A stretch of DNA of 64,000 nucleotides, from assembly GCF_002571385.2 (NCBI RefSeq), contig NW_019218160.1, forward strand, positions 243,581 through 307,580. The letters run 5' to 3'. The number at the start of each line of letters is the position of its first letter. The first letter of the stretch is position 1. A model generated the notes under the pieces. It had not been told where the DNA came from. It searched no databases and saw only the letters and a program-made list of their open reading frames with translations. The position numbers and the translations under genes were made by a program. The DNA comes from Stylophora pistillata (taxonomy: Eukaryota). This document shows, piece after piece, positions 36,807 to 50,150 of this stretch.

Positions 36807-39800
36807 TTAAATATGTCCCATTTCCTGTTCTAAAACTTTCCTCATGCCCGTGGACAATGGCAGGTCCGACTTGATTTCTTTCCACATTTCCTTAAGGACC
36901 ATGACGGTGTTGATTTCCTGTCTTCTCAGGTAGTCTAGTGCTGAATTTACTTTCCCCTGTTCGGTCCAGTGGTGCTGTTGCTTTAGCCGGGCAAAGAACT
37001 TCTCCACACTATCCACTCCACTGCTTTGTCCTGTGGAATGGTTAATAGTTTGTCCTAATATTTTCTTCCTCAAAAAATTTAAGTTGGACCTGGGTAGGCT
37101 GTAAATAACAGTAACAACCATTGGCGTATTTCCATTTAGCACACTAAGCAATGAAATGCTTATGCCCATCGAATAAAGATTTTCCCAATGAAATTAGGGC
37201 GTACTTAGTTCTATACAATACCAAGCAATGATATGAAGGAGAACATAATGTCTTCGAGGAAAGCAATGGATGTTGTTTTAGTTTGACTCTTAAAATTACT
37301 CGTTTGTTTATTACTCGATGATCATATTCCCTAGACATATATCAACACCAAACATTTCGCTTCCCACGGAACACAGATGAGTTTGTTTCACCTCAGTGTA
37401 ATTACGGGGTACTGTTTTCAAACATAGCTCGACTATTTACCAACCGAATTGAGGCGGGTATAATCTCATGAAGCCTTAATTTACACATTTTGAAAGGAAA
37501 CAAAAACATTTTCTTGAGTGCGAGATATAACTGTGTATTGTAAGCGTTATTAAAATACCTGAAGCCATTGCTTCCCTTTTCCTGTGAGTTTTTTCTCTCT
37601 GCTTACGTATTTGTATGAAGCTTTCAGCAGAAATCAAAGCGGACTCCAAAATGTCAAGAGCGGCTCGCTCTACTGTAATACTCCTGTTGTTATTCTCCTC
37701 TGTATAGTTAGAAATGAGGTGAGTTCTCCCTCCAGCACCGCCGGTTACCTGAGCTGCCATGCCACATGCATTTCTTTGGTCCTCTTCAGTTTTCAATTTG
37801 TCCAGACACGTGATTACAGTTACAGGAGTGTGACCTGCTCGTATGGATGAAATGAGGTGTGATACATCCATTTTACTGGCAAAGTGACAAATTAATCGAG
37901 GTTCCCTAGCAATGTGTTTCAGAAGTACCCTCAATCTTTGGTTGTAGCACGACAGACTAATTAGGTAAGTGAAATGCAAAACAAACTGAATCATTTTTAC
38001 TTCTCCTATAAACTTAAATAGGTGCCAAAATTAACAACCCCAAATGATGTGCTTGCAAAAGCAATATAATATTCCTAAAATATATTGCAGTTGCATAGTT
38101 TCCACGGTGACATTCCTCAGTCTCTCCGACCTGTTATTTTTACTAAACATGATTATTGCCATGAAAGTAAGTAATGAATGAATATCGGATTAATACTTTC
38201 ATAATCTGTTAAATAATTCAGCTCTTACCCTCTCTTTGAAAGTGAGCCCGGATCTTCTTAAGTGGCTCAGTGTAAGTGCCTGTCTCTAGTCGACGGTCGT
38301 TCCCTTTTACAACAAAAATTACAGCGTGTACGTATTTAGAGAACGGTTGAATCTTCCTTGCTGTCATCATCGACTCCTGCCCTCCATCGCTAGAGCGATT
38401 TTCAGACTTTTCGTGTTCTCTCTCAATTTCCTCTCCAGGGCGAATTCTGTTTACAAATCAAATGCACGGAAGGGCATCTAAGGAACTTGTATAAGTAATT
38501 TTTGTAACCCGCGGCCCCTTACAAAACCTTCCTTCAGGGCTGCAGTTTTCGGTCATATAACGCGTCAAGCCGGACCAACCTCATACGAACACGAAATATT
38601 TGACAGATCAAAAAGAATGTCATACTTTGTCCTGGATTTTCTTCAAAGCTATAAATTTCTTTTTATTTACCTTCCTGTTAGGATGTTCAGGCATTCATCA
38701 AAAAGCTTGTCGTCTCGTTCAAAAAATCCTCTGGTGTCCAGTATCCGAATTTGTTTTTGCACGTAATATTCCTGGAGAAGAATATCGCCTTCTCCTCCCT
38801 TTCCATGTTCAAAAGCGCTTTGGGTCTCTCCGATAGCTCGCTGTAGAGTTCCTGGTAAAACTTTTAATTTGATAATAAGATAGAATTGGTGGTAAATACG
38901 TACAGATGACGAATACTATTCTTAGCAACGACATGTAACTGTGTAAGCTCTACTTAAAGCAAACAAATAAATCAAAATCAAAGCAATACAAAAAATTGAA
39001 AATTAATATAAAAATTCAAGTTGTAACGCACAACGAAGTTGTCGTTTGGTTGAAATTTCCAACGCTGTAGGTCTTACTTAACAATAAAAACTTTATGGCA
39101 ACACTGAAATCCTAGCCAAGAATCTGGCTGATCGATGATTCAATGGACGTATAGTAATATAAGAAACGAAAGAAAGCGTCTTTCATCATGCCTGAATAAA
39201 CTTTATTCTTACTGACCTATGAAACTGGTCTTTCCGGAACCCGCTGGCCCGATTAAGGCAATGCGAATGAATTCAATGTTGTCCACTCGCAGATCACGGA
39301 AGGCTTCTTTCCTAATACGTGGGTGGCATTGAAAGTCGTAATTCATCAGTGTTTCTTTGAGTTGGAGCGTTTTTTCCTTTTCCTTTAGCTCTCTCGCTAA
39401 CTTTTCTGTTTCACGTTGTTGGACATCCAAGTTCTCTCTTAGCTCTTCGTCTTCAATTCGAGCCCTTTCTTCGGCGTCACGCAACGATCGCAGACGCAGT
39501 CTTTCCAACTCACCCTGCAGCTCTTTCATTTTCCTCTCGTGCTCTTCTTGGGCTCTGAGCCGACCTTGCTCGCACGCTGTCGGATCCGCGGTGTCTCGGC
39601 TTTCTGAATATTTCTTATTGAAGTAAAGCAAAATAAGTAAATACGCAGAACACCATGGAGCCTTGTTCTGATCTTTAAATATCTGAAAATAATTAACGAA
39701 AGCAGGCTCCGTGTTCCTGGGCAGTCTTCTTGCTGGGATAATACCAACGGTGCTATTTGTTCAGAGAGGATATTGTGAAGGATACATATTAGAACAAGAC

Positions 39801-40421
39801 CGGTTTTTTATTTTTTTTTAATTTTTAAGATTCATGCATCAAAATTATTATGAATGAGAGACGCTTACTTTGTTGATGTGTTATCAAATTTGAATCAAAT
39901 TCCCCGTTCCAAAGTGTCTCTTTTATTTTCCGGCGATAAGGTGTATCTTTCCACTTCAAGGAGCTGTTTCTATGAATCCGGCATTAGCCATTACAGAAGA
40001 AAGGTATCTCATCGACTTTATGATCCAAATTTTTCTCATAGTGCACATCGAAAGAAGTGTTTTTTCCCTAGAAATTGCCAGTCAGAGGAAAATTTCCCGG
40101 AAGTCGCTTTTAATACGTCTTGAGGTAGCAACACCAGAAATCGTAGCCATGGACAAAGGCGTACAAATTGACTTTCGATTTATACGTTTTTGGATTCATC
40201 ATCTTTGCAAATGTGCTCCTCAGCTGATGTTTTTTCGAAGGAGTCAAAGAGGCGAGCTTCAAAATTCGAATGTTTACTCAAAGCGCCGCAAGGAATTCGA
40301 AGGTAATTAAATTGGAATTGGCCCATCGCTTCCTTCGCAATTCTCATGCGTTATTGCAGAAAAGAGTATCTAAAGCGTATGATTTGTATGTACTTACAAT
40401 TTTTGACTCTTCACTTCCCAT
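36807..40421 (-). CDS. IFI44-family GTPase-like protein with N-terminal coiled coil and C-terminal SAM-like domain
   Basis: Exons (minus): putative 40421-40398 (MGSEESKI), 39682 or 39614 to 39217 (coiled coil; IALIGPAGSGKTSFI), 38851-38671 (RILDTRGFF), 38446-38229 (YVHAVIFVVK), 37834-37559 (VITCLD; LISNY; AALDILESAL), 37030-36807. All in frame. Motif order matches recalled IFI44/IFI44L. Confidence 0.8.
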
Positions 40422-41420
40422 TTTGGAAAAGGAGACGATTTTTCAACACTCGTTCTTTTCTTCGCTGACTGCCGAATACGACACTTAGCGAGTTTCGTGG
40501 GACTTCGGTTCTCAGAAATGACGTAGTTGACCCCAGATCTCCGGCCGTTCGTTTTGAGTGCATAAATCATTATTTTTCCCCAGATTGCTTCAGTAGATTC
40601 TGCTAGAGTCATGCAGACTGATGGAGTCGTTTTGCCTTTGGTGCAGGTTTGGCCAGTTGCCGACATAACAATTTTTCCTGACTGTTTCTAACGGGTCAGG
40701 AATCCCTTCATTGTCCATAACATAGATAGTGTATAAAAGATTTCTAGTTCATTGTCCCTACCTAAGGAGAAATTTTCTGTACATCATCGACGATGTCAGC
40801 GACACGATAAGGGTTGCAATCTAGATGTTTGCAATCTAAGCTAAATATTCGCTTCTGATCCCCTTTGGCACTTTAAGGTCGGGAAACGGTTGAACGATTT
40901 GTGTAAAATTCGCTCCTCGTTATATAGAGAGGTCTGATGTTGATTTTTCTATAAAATATTTCCAATTTGACCTTAGATCACATAACACAATTCACCAATT
41001 TCAATTTATGATGAATTGATGAAAAGTATCGTCTGAAATAATTAAATACAACGTTAGTGCGTTTCGGTTAGAAACTTATTTCTCAGAATTAGTATGTTTG
41101 TTTGATGATTTCATCCTCTTAATCACCAAGAGAAGGCCTTCATCAGCACAAGAGTTCCTCCCTGTCGTTGACGTTCCACCGGCAAGCATTTCTATCTGAG
41201 AATACCTTAATACCAAGTATCGGCAAGGGCTAAATCACACGGAATAAACAAAGTTAGTTATCGCCACGGTCTATGTGAGCGGAAGAAGTGCCTTCGCAAG
41301 GAAACCAAGCTGGTAAGTGTCACGTACTTCCTGTCTGTTCGCGTGACGTTCTATTTACCGGCATGCATTTTTTTCTGAGAAAAACGCCATTACCAGTTTC
41401 ATGGAAAACAGCTTTTGAAC

Positions 41421-43886
41421 ATGGACGAACAAAGCAAAATAGAGCAAAGCATTATAGAGGCAATTAATGATGAACCATATCAGAAAGTGAGGAAAGAATG
41501 TCGCAAACGTGTCTTTCTTTTTAACTGCGACAAAACATACAGTTTGGACTCAGTGGAGAAATTGCTTCTTGACCTGAAAGGCGATATCAGACGAGAGCTC
41601 AGCTTCGACATCGTCAAGACTTATTTTCGCCTTTCTGAAATGTCGCATGTGGCTGAGAAGGCCATTCCTAAACTGCAAATGGATGTTGCCTTTTTTGTGG
41701 TTCATGCGCATGAATCTCGTCTTTCCATAAACGAGAATAATGCCGGAATCGGTTATGCGAAGATCTACCAAGCATTGCTCCAGGCTACAGGTAAATAAAT
41801 GACGTGTTCTGTTTTTGCTGTAGATTTTACTTAACGACGGTCATAGTTTGCTCATGGCGGCTGAACATTATTCAAAGAAACACTGAAGATACATTCGGAA
41901 ATGACATTATATGTTTTTATGGTAAAGGATACCCGATTGAACTACTGCTAGACTGCTAGACTGTTTTTAGTTCGTAAACAAAGCAAGATTATACGGTTTC
42001 TCTTTCAATTTGGCCGTTAGCGTGACGCAAACAGCTAAATCAGATTTATGGTAATACAACAAACAAATTCGCTAAATTTAGTTATCACTCTACTCTTTCT
42101 CTTTTCATTTAACCAGACGGAAATGTTATAATTGTTATTGGCGGAGACGATCAGTACACGAGCAAAGATGAAGAAGGAAGTTCTGTGATTTCGCGCTGGG
42201 CCAGACTAAAGGTTTCCTCTCAATTTAAAGCCGAATTTCTTGACGGAAAGAAGAGCTTTATCTTTTCTTGGAATAAAATTCACAGAAGGATTCACGAAGA
42301 AGCGCTTCTGCATTACTTTGACCCAAGCAAGATTGGGCAGAAGTTTGAAAAGGAGTCGAATGAGCGGTCATCGCAAGAAAAAAACACTACTGATAGTCTT
42401 CCAGGGACGCCGAAGACCAAGAACACAGCTGCTTCAGAGCCAGCACAGTTTACGGATCAAGGGGTCGTAAGTAAGCAAAGCGAGCAGGAGGCAGTGCCAA
42501 TCTTACCACCGCCTACAAATGCTGAAAGCAACGGAGACTCATCAGAAACAGAAGAAGGAAAGCATTCAATTTTAGATGACCTGTCCGAGTTAATATTGAA
42601 GGAGTATGTCGTTGTAAGTGATGATGGTGTGGACTGTGAAGTAAGAGGTAACCGTCAGAGAGTATCCAACTGTTGTAATCTTCTTTCGTTTAAGTATCCA
42701 TGTATTGTGTGATCTTTTTGTAGATATCCGACTTAATACTCATCAACTAATTGCGGTTCAGGAGGAAGTGCTGCCCTTCCGAATGTTACCTAATGGAAAG
42801 GTCCTGGCACAGTTTCGGGCTATCTGATATTTGAAATAAGGGTGCTGTCAGCGGTCCATTTCAGATTTCTGGATCGTGATAAGAATAATTGTCTCGCCCA
42901 AAGGGCCTCTGGAATGGTAATTTTTGTCGTTTTGTTAGCGAATATTCGCTTATCCCATTCTGTTTCGTTTAAAATGACAAAAACAGTGGTTTCTGACCTT
43001 AAAATAGAGGTGAGATGTTAATCCGACAGTACATATTCATTCCGTATCTGAAACATCATAAATTAAATATCGAGAATCCGTCGACAGTTACAAAATTTCG
43101 TAATTCATTCTAATTTTCCTTAAGAACCATTTTGATGAACCTTTTTTTTAAAAAATGATACCAAAAAGTTCAATCGCGCTTTGTTTTCTCCGAAAAATCG
43201 AAAAGCTCAATATACACCTAGATGGCCGTTCTCCCCCCCTCCCCGTAAAACAATGAAAAAAGTATTTATGCAACTTCGTACACCACAGCGCGATGCAATC
43301 CCGATTTTAAATTTTGTGTGCTAGCAGATAGTCCTTTTTATCTTTTTGAAAATAGAATTTTCTTGTCATTTTGTTACGTTTAAGTCCGCATAGCGACCCA
43401 TTTAAATAATGAACTTTGTATTCTTGAGGAAAAATAGAATGAGTTACGAAATTTTGCAACTATCGGTGGATTCACGATATTTATGGTCAGTGACTCTTGA
43501 ATTTTTAAGGGGTTTCTGAAGAACAACAGATGAACGGCATAACGGAGGTTGGTACGCTTGTGTTTAAAACTCGAGTACGAAATGGAAAATTCACAGAGGA
43601 GGAGATAGAAGAATGGCGCCAGCAGTGGAAACTCCTTGATGAATTGCTGCCACGAATATCGAAAGATTTGGCGAATGTTGCAGAAGCTAATGTGGAGGTC
43701 TATCGTGTTAAACAGGGAGGTGCTGCCCGCGTTGTTATTAAAGACCTTTCAACCAGTTATCTGTCACTATACATCACCACAGTCATTGAGTTCTTTTACA
43801 ATGTGATAACCGGATTAATGGATAATGTGTATAGTTGCTTCGTTCAAAAGAAAAATCTGGAAGATATCGATATAGATTGGCCGTAA
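41421..43886 (+). CDS. Uncharacterised three-exon protein with probable TIR-like (flavodoxin-type alpha/beta) N-terminal domain, acidic linker and small C-terminal domain
   Basis: Exons 41421-41790, 42117-42647 and 43510-43886, joined by phase-1 introns, no stops. A conserved paralog at 45564-47819 supports coding status. The fold call is inference from the strand/helix pattern. Confidence 0.8.
43065..43483. mobile_element. MITE with ~60-bp imperfect TIRs in intron 2 of the TIR-like gene
   Basis: TAAATATCGAGAATCCGTCGACAGTTACAAAATTTCGTAATTCATTCTA versus TAGAATGAGTTACGAAATTTTGCAACTATCGGTGGATTCACGATATTTA. Confidence 0.7.
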
Positions 43887-44209
43887 GATGAACACTTGCA
43901 CTGCAGGGCTTAAGTACATTAAGTGAGACTGAAACTGCTTCAATATCGGATATACCCATAGATATTTGTAGTTTGAATGGGTCACACTGGCATTTATACC
44001 TCAAAGTTTATTATATGTCTAAGCCTTAGTTAACACCAAATTGCACTCGAAATCATGGTGTTACCTATACCAATAAGAATAGATCAGTAAAGTGCGTTTG
44101 ATGTAATTTGGTAATGGATTTTTTTGTAACGGCGTAACAAAATTCAGTGTATAATTAAACCTACCAACATCGAATGGTAGCTTGGCACAGTTCTGATTTA
44201 AAATGATTT

Positions 44210-44680
44210 ATTCCGTTCAATGTCAAAGACAAGAACAAGCTATGGTATTTTTAATATTAGATATCAAGGCACTAAGGTTTGGAATGCAATCAGTGATCAC
44301 ATTAAGCTTCTATCGCTTAAACAATTTAAGAAAAAGCTAAAATCAAGTATTCTTGCAGGTTACCAACTGAAGTAATTATACTATACATTTTCTTTCTTCC
44401 GATTAGTTAATCTGCCTATACGTACTTTATTTTCCTGCTTATTTTCGCTAATTTGTATTTTAAGAATATGTGTGGTACTTTAAGAAGTCCTCAGTACCTG
44501 ACACCGTTAGTCATTACAGTATTTAAAATCCTAAGGATGGCTGCTCAATTCTATTAGCTTAGTGGTTATTTTGGGCAGCCATGCACTTTATTTTATTTGT
44601 TTTCCTTTCTTTTAATGTAAGTTTTATTCAGGGTGCAAATAAAATTGTTGTTATTGTTGTTGTTGTTTTTGTTGTTGTAA
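44210..44680 (+). mobile_element. LINE (CR1/L2-group) 3' end
   Basis: RTSYGIFNIRYQGTKVWNAISDHIKLLSLKQFKKKLK stop-proximal motif, 3' UTR, AATAAA and a (GTT)n tail at ~44645-44680. Confidence 0.7.
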
Positions 44681-45563
44681 TCAAGTTGTTGGTTTTATCT
44701 AAATACTATCCCATCAAAGAGACAAAACCGTCGGCATTTCGCTTAGCCAGCCATAATTGACTTAATAGTGCACAAGTCAGGCTTGTTATTGCCTAGGGTA
44801 ATAGTGTCACGTTGTTACGCAAGAACTGTATAGTTACACGTTCTTTAGCCAATTTGGCTGCATGTTGAACTTTGGACAGCTGAAGTTTTGTTTCTTTCTT
44901 CCCATGCCAAAAACGTGTTGTGGATACTTCTGATCTTCGTTTACCGCACACTTATGACAATATATCAGACGGTACCTACTTCCATAGAGCGCAGTGAAAC
45001 AACTAGGTTTTTTTGTTACAACTGAATCACGTGCGCGCAATGTTGTCGTGCATTTTACCGAGTTATCTGTAGTTCTTTTTTTTTTATTATGAAAACGTAT
45101 AAACGCTGACCGAAAGACAATGTGACGGTTAATGTGTCTTACCGAAGAACCTAACACAACAGTCTCAGCCAGGAACCGAACCTAGACCTTAACGCAAGTC
45201 TTACGCGCTTCCATCAGCTCTTCACTTCTCTGACTTTTTGATTAAACGGCAAATCACAAATATATATATGTCGGTCAATGCATAGAAAAGAAATAAACAT
45301 AAGTCACAACAATATCATCAATCGAATGTCCGCTGTTTAATTTTGTCCTAGGATTTTATATTCCGATGCCACTTTCATTTTGTCACCTGAAGCATTGGCA
45401 GATGAATAAGTCTTGACTCGTCATTTTCACCATACAAGTAAGCTAAAGGAGACCAAGCCGCTGATGTCACGCACTTCCTGTCTGTCGTGACGTTCCATTT
45501 ACCGGCATGCATTTTTCTGACAAACAATATCATTTTCTGTTTCACGGAAAACAGCGGTCAACC

Positions 45564-47819
45564 ATGGATCAACGGCAGAACGAAATGGAGCGAAGTATTT
45601 CAGAAGCAATGAATGATCAACCACATCTGAAAGCGAAGATAGAATGTCGCAAACGTGTCTTTCTTTTTAATTGCGACAAAACGTACAGTTTAGAATCGGT
45701 GGGGAAACTGCTTCTTGACATGAAAGGGGATACAAGACAAGAGCTCAGCTTCGACATCGTCAAGACATATTTTCGCCCTTCTGAAATGTCGCATGTGGCT
45801 GAAAAAGCCACTCCCAAACTACAAATGGATGTTGTCTTATATGTGGTTTATGCGAATGAACCTCGTCTTTCCATAAACGAGGAAAATGCTGGACTCGGTT
45901 AGGCAAAGATCTATAAAGCACTACTTCAAGCTACAGGTAATTTTTCGGTGTATGTGATGAGGTAGGGGGTTTGGTTAGGTCACATTGGTAGTCATGTTCA
46001 CTTAAGGGACCGGTCGTTATTTATCACCTTTGAGGAAGGGGTGCGTGCAATTTTAGTTTTGTTACGTCTAAATTTATATAATGTCCTCATAGGCCTTGGC
46101 GGTCAGTCTTCGGTCATTCCGCGCCACCCCCACCCCCTCTTCGGAAATAAATAAGTGTGTGGTCCCTAAGTGTCAAATAAGCGTTATTAAACAGTCGCTT
46201 ATTCATCTTTCCTTTAAACAGACAGAAATGTTCAAATTGTAATTGGTGGTGACAATCATTAAAAGAGTACAGATGAAGAGAAGTCGTCTGTAATTTCTCG
46301 TTGGGCAAGGAGAAAAGTTTCCTCTCAGTTTCAAGACGAGTTTCTGGACGGAAGGAAAAGCTTCATCTTTTTGTGGAACAAAACTCACAGAAAGATTCAT
46401 GAAGAAGTGCTACCGAATTATTTTGACTCAGGTAAGAGTGGACAAAAGTTTGAATGTAAGCCAAATGAGCGGCCTGAACTATCTGAAGATACTCCTCACA
46501 AGGCACACGAGACCGAGAAGCTAGAAGCGGTATTGCGGGAGCAATTAACGGATCGTCCACATGCAACAGATGGGGCGCACAGTTCCTCAGAGAAAGACGT
46601 AAACACAAACACATGTTTATCTTGGAGGTGAGGTGTAATGACGAAGAAGATAAATCAAAAGAAGAAAGAAAGAAGGAAACGACGTGGAAAGATCCTAAAA
46701 GTAACGGGGATGGACCCTCGGAAGACTGTGCCAGGAAAATCGCCCCGATGAAGACAACGGAAGATGTGTTGATTTCTTATTTACGTGATATAGGCACGAT
46801 AGGCATGGATGACTATGTCACAGTAAACGAGGATGACCTTATTGATGAGGAAAGAAGTAACTATTTGAGAGTATCGTTGTGTCTAAGTTTACCTTAGGCT
46901 ATCGATTGGTTGTTTTTATTTTGAGTTTATTCAGTTTATGAATAGTTCGATGAAATCTTCGTCACCAAGAAAATATTAACGGAGAGCTCTCAGTTGATAT
47001 TCTCCTGTCGTCAGATATGGTTCGATTTTTACATAGTTACGTAATTGTGGGAGGTGATTTGGACCATTTTGTGTTTTATTATTTGTTTTCCCGTGCTAGG
47101 AAATTTAAGGCAATTTTTGTTCCATTGCAGTGCGTTAGGGTTGAAGCCCCTGTTAATTTTTCTTTTTGCTCAGATGATCAATCAAGGTTCCTTACATATT
47201 TATGATAGCGTGAATTGTAGACATAGCATCTCCCTTTTCTGAGAGTATTTACCCAGGCCGACGCATGTTTTGGCTTTTGAATATAGTCTGAAATGATGTT
47301 CTTCCTGTCTCAGAGAGATTCTAGTCCTTCAGCACGTTTGAAAGTGTTTTTTAATGTTCTCTGTCTCATGAAAACCAGTTTTCGTGTCGCATATTCAGCG
47401 AACACACCATGTTAAAGCGACAGTTTCCGTAACGAAGATTTTCAATTTTCAGCGTTTTCTGAGGACCAGCAAATGAATGACAAAACAAATTAAGGGACGC
47501 TTGTGATGAAAACCGTCATGCGAAATGGCAGCATCCTCTAAGTATGCTTGAAATCCGCAGTGGATACCTCCGAGTGGATTTTTACCCCATATATATATTT
47601 GAGCAGCTGGCACATGTTGCAGAGATCGAAGTGGAAATCTTCCATAAGGAGGAGGCAGGCGCTTTGTGCGTTGTGATGAGAGAGAATTCGGTCATCCATG
47701 CCATTATTGAGTATTTTTGGAACATGATGAGCGGGGTTTTGACCGTCTTTACAATCTCAGTCTTAAAAGTGCCTGAAGATAACGATATAGAGAAGCAGAC
47801 TGATGAACTTCTGATCTGA
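45564..47819 (+). pseudogene. Pseudogenised tandem paralog of the 41421-43886 gene
   Basis: Same exon layout (45564-45936, 46222-~46856, ~47453-47819) with premature stops at 45900 (TAG), 46260 (TAA), ~46629 and ~47491. Confidence 0.85.
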
Positions 47820-48732
47820 AGCACGAGGGATCTATTTGTTTTTCAAAACAAGCGGCAAGAACCCATAATCCCCTATCCCCCTTCCCCGCCCCCTCCATTT
47901 CCTTGTGTAAATAATTATATGCCAGAACCACGTAAATCTCTAAAGTACTTGTTAGCTTCGTTAAAGTCACGTAAACGACAACAAAATGTATTAGGAGCAT
48001 CAATAGCTAACGTGTAGCTGGAACAGACACCTTAGATTAGAAACATATTTGCAGAAAGAGGGGATGGATTTTGAATGTATAGGGATTCTTGGATCCGTTC
48101 AGCTGACCGTGATCTGGGGGAAGCCAAAGTTCTGCATTTTTTTTTATCGCTATAATTGTTTTAGTTTAAGACTAGAACAGTGACAGGGTCAAAGCTTGTG
48201 GTGTAATTGTAATCTTATCTTTCACTACACAGTAAGAGTATTGTATCGCTTATCCTGTGAACTCAATTACAAACACATTTAGATAGGGTCGAAGTGTTGG
48301 AGTACAAACACTAAGACCATATTACCATTTCAAAACAACATTGTGCCTCTTTATCATGTTTAATAAATTTGGCGTACATCTGTACATTGACAGGTCGCAG
48401 ATGACCTCCTCCTTAATCTACATGTGGCAGCGCAAGAGTAAGCAGGGGGAGTAACGCGGAAAAAAATATCCCGGTTACTACAATACCCGCAAGAATTGTT
48501 TGTCTAGAATCCGGACTTTTGTCTAATTCGTCGATTAGATCGTTTGAGCCATGTTCCAATTGGTGACAAGGTTATATATGTCAAATTTCCGGCGAAGTTT
48601 AAAACGAGTCATTACAAGGGCCGCCGAAGATAATGCGAACAGCATCATTTACTCTCTCGAAGCCTTCATTCGCCATTCGATGAGGGATGAGTAGACAGAA
48701 TGAACCCGAAGGATCAATAGCTTAAAGGCGGT

Positions 48733-49535
48733 GGATCAATGTTACTATAAGTAGAGTCGGCCGACATGTCGGTCGACAGTCGGTCGACAGTGGGTCGATA
48801 GTCGATCGACAGTCGGTCGATAGTGGGTCGATAGTCGGTAGATAGTCGGTCGACATGTCGGTCGATATGTCGACCGATATAGGTCGGCCGATAGTCGGTC
48901 GACATATCGGTAGACAGTCTGTCGATATTTGACCGACACTTGGCCGACACTTAGCCGACACTCGGTCAACACTTGGCCGATGCTTCACCGATACTTCACT
49001 GACAACTTAATCATATACCTGAAAGTTTATGCCTTCGAGTCAAATTTTTCTTCAAATCAAATTTTTCAATACCGACACTGCAACAATACACAACCACACG
49101 TGCGACGTTCAAACTATATTTACCGATAAAGTTCAGACACTTGACCGATAGACTACCGACACTCGGCCGATAGACCACTGACACTTGACCGATATTCCAC
49201 CGACACTTGACCGATATTCCACCGAGATGCGACACTCCATCTGTCGGTCGACAGTCGGTCGACATGTCGACCGACTATTTTCCGACTATCTTCTGACTAT
49301 GGACCGACTATGGACCAACTATGGACCGACAATGGACCGACTATCGACCGGCTATGGACCGACTATCGACCGACTATCAACCGACTATCGACTGACCTGT
49401 CGACCGACTATCGACCAACTATCGACCGACTGTCGACCGACTGTCGACCGATATGTCGGTCGATATGTCGGTCGACATGTCGGTCACCATGTCGGTCGCC
49501 ATGTCGGCCGACACTACCTATAGTAAAATTGATCC
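48733..49535. mobile_element. Palindromic MITE with internal 11-12 bp minisatellite arms and 8-bp TSD (Merlin-like)
   Basis: TIR GGATCAAT(G/T)TTACTATA..TAG.GTCGGCCGACATG at both ends; AAGGCGGT at 48725-48732 and 49536-49543; GTCGGTCGACA/ACCGACTATCG arrays. Confidence 0.85.
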
Positions 49536-50150
49536 AAGGCGGTTTGGCAAGAGTGTAATCTAGAAGTTGATATTGGAAGTGACAAAATAATTACATCCTT
49601 CTAGTGATCTGTTGTTGTGGCGAGTCCCTTGGAATACATATCTAAAGAGTGAAAAGGAAAAAAATTAAAAGGAGGTTTGTGGAATCTTTGCCGCCATGAT
49701 TGGGGTATCGGTTGAGGTCGACAGAGAAATTGGGACAGAGAACATTTAATCGCAGCGCTACTTGATGTCTTCGAGTCTTCACTGTTGTATCTAGATCTAT
49801 TTTTGATGAAATCGTATCGGATACATCAAAAGAATAACTCGAGAGAACAGCGCGTTTGCAAACAAGCGGCTGTCACCCCGACCGCCTTATCTTGTGCAGC
49901 TACACTATTTATCCCCCTCCCCCCTACCAAAGGGAACATGATCGCAGGTTATGGATACATGGGCAAAAGATATGCGGAGCACGTTAAGTAAGGTTTTCAA
50001 GGCCTAATCTAAGACGAAAACTGTGCACCCGAATGCTTTCTATCTGGACATTTTTAAAATGTAACAGAATAATTTCCGCGGTTTCCATCGAGGAATGTAT
50101 AAACTCACGTTAAGAGTAAGATTGCGAGACATAAGGTAAGTGTTAGTGCT

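Noticed and set aside
39860-40310. Extra coding exon(s) of the IFI44-like gene
   Set aside because: Minus-strand frames contain stops and I could not support a spliced, open exon.
48714-49558. Several overlapping ORFs (STD/RPT-rich)
   Set aside because: Translations of the minisatellite MITE in multiple frames.
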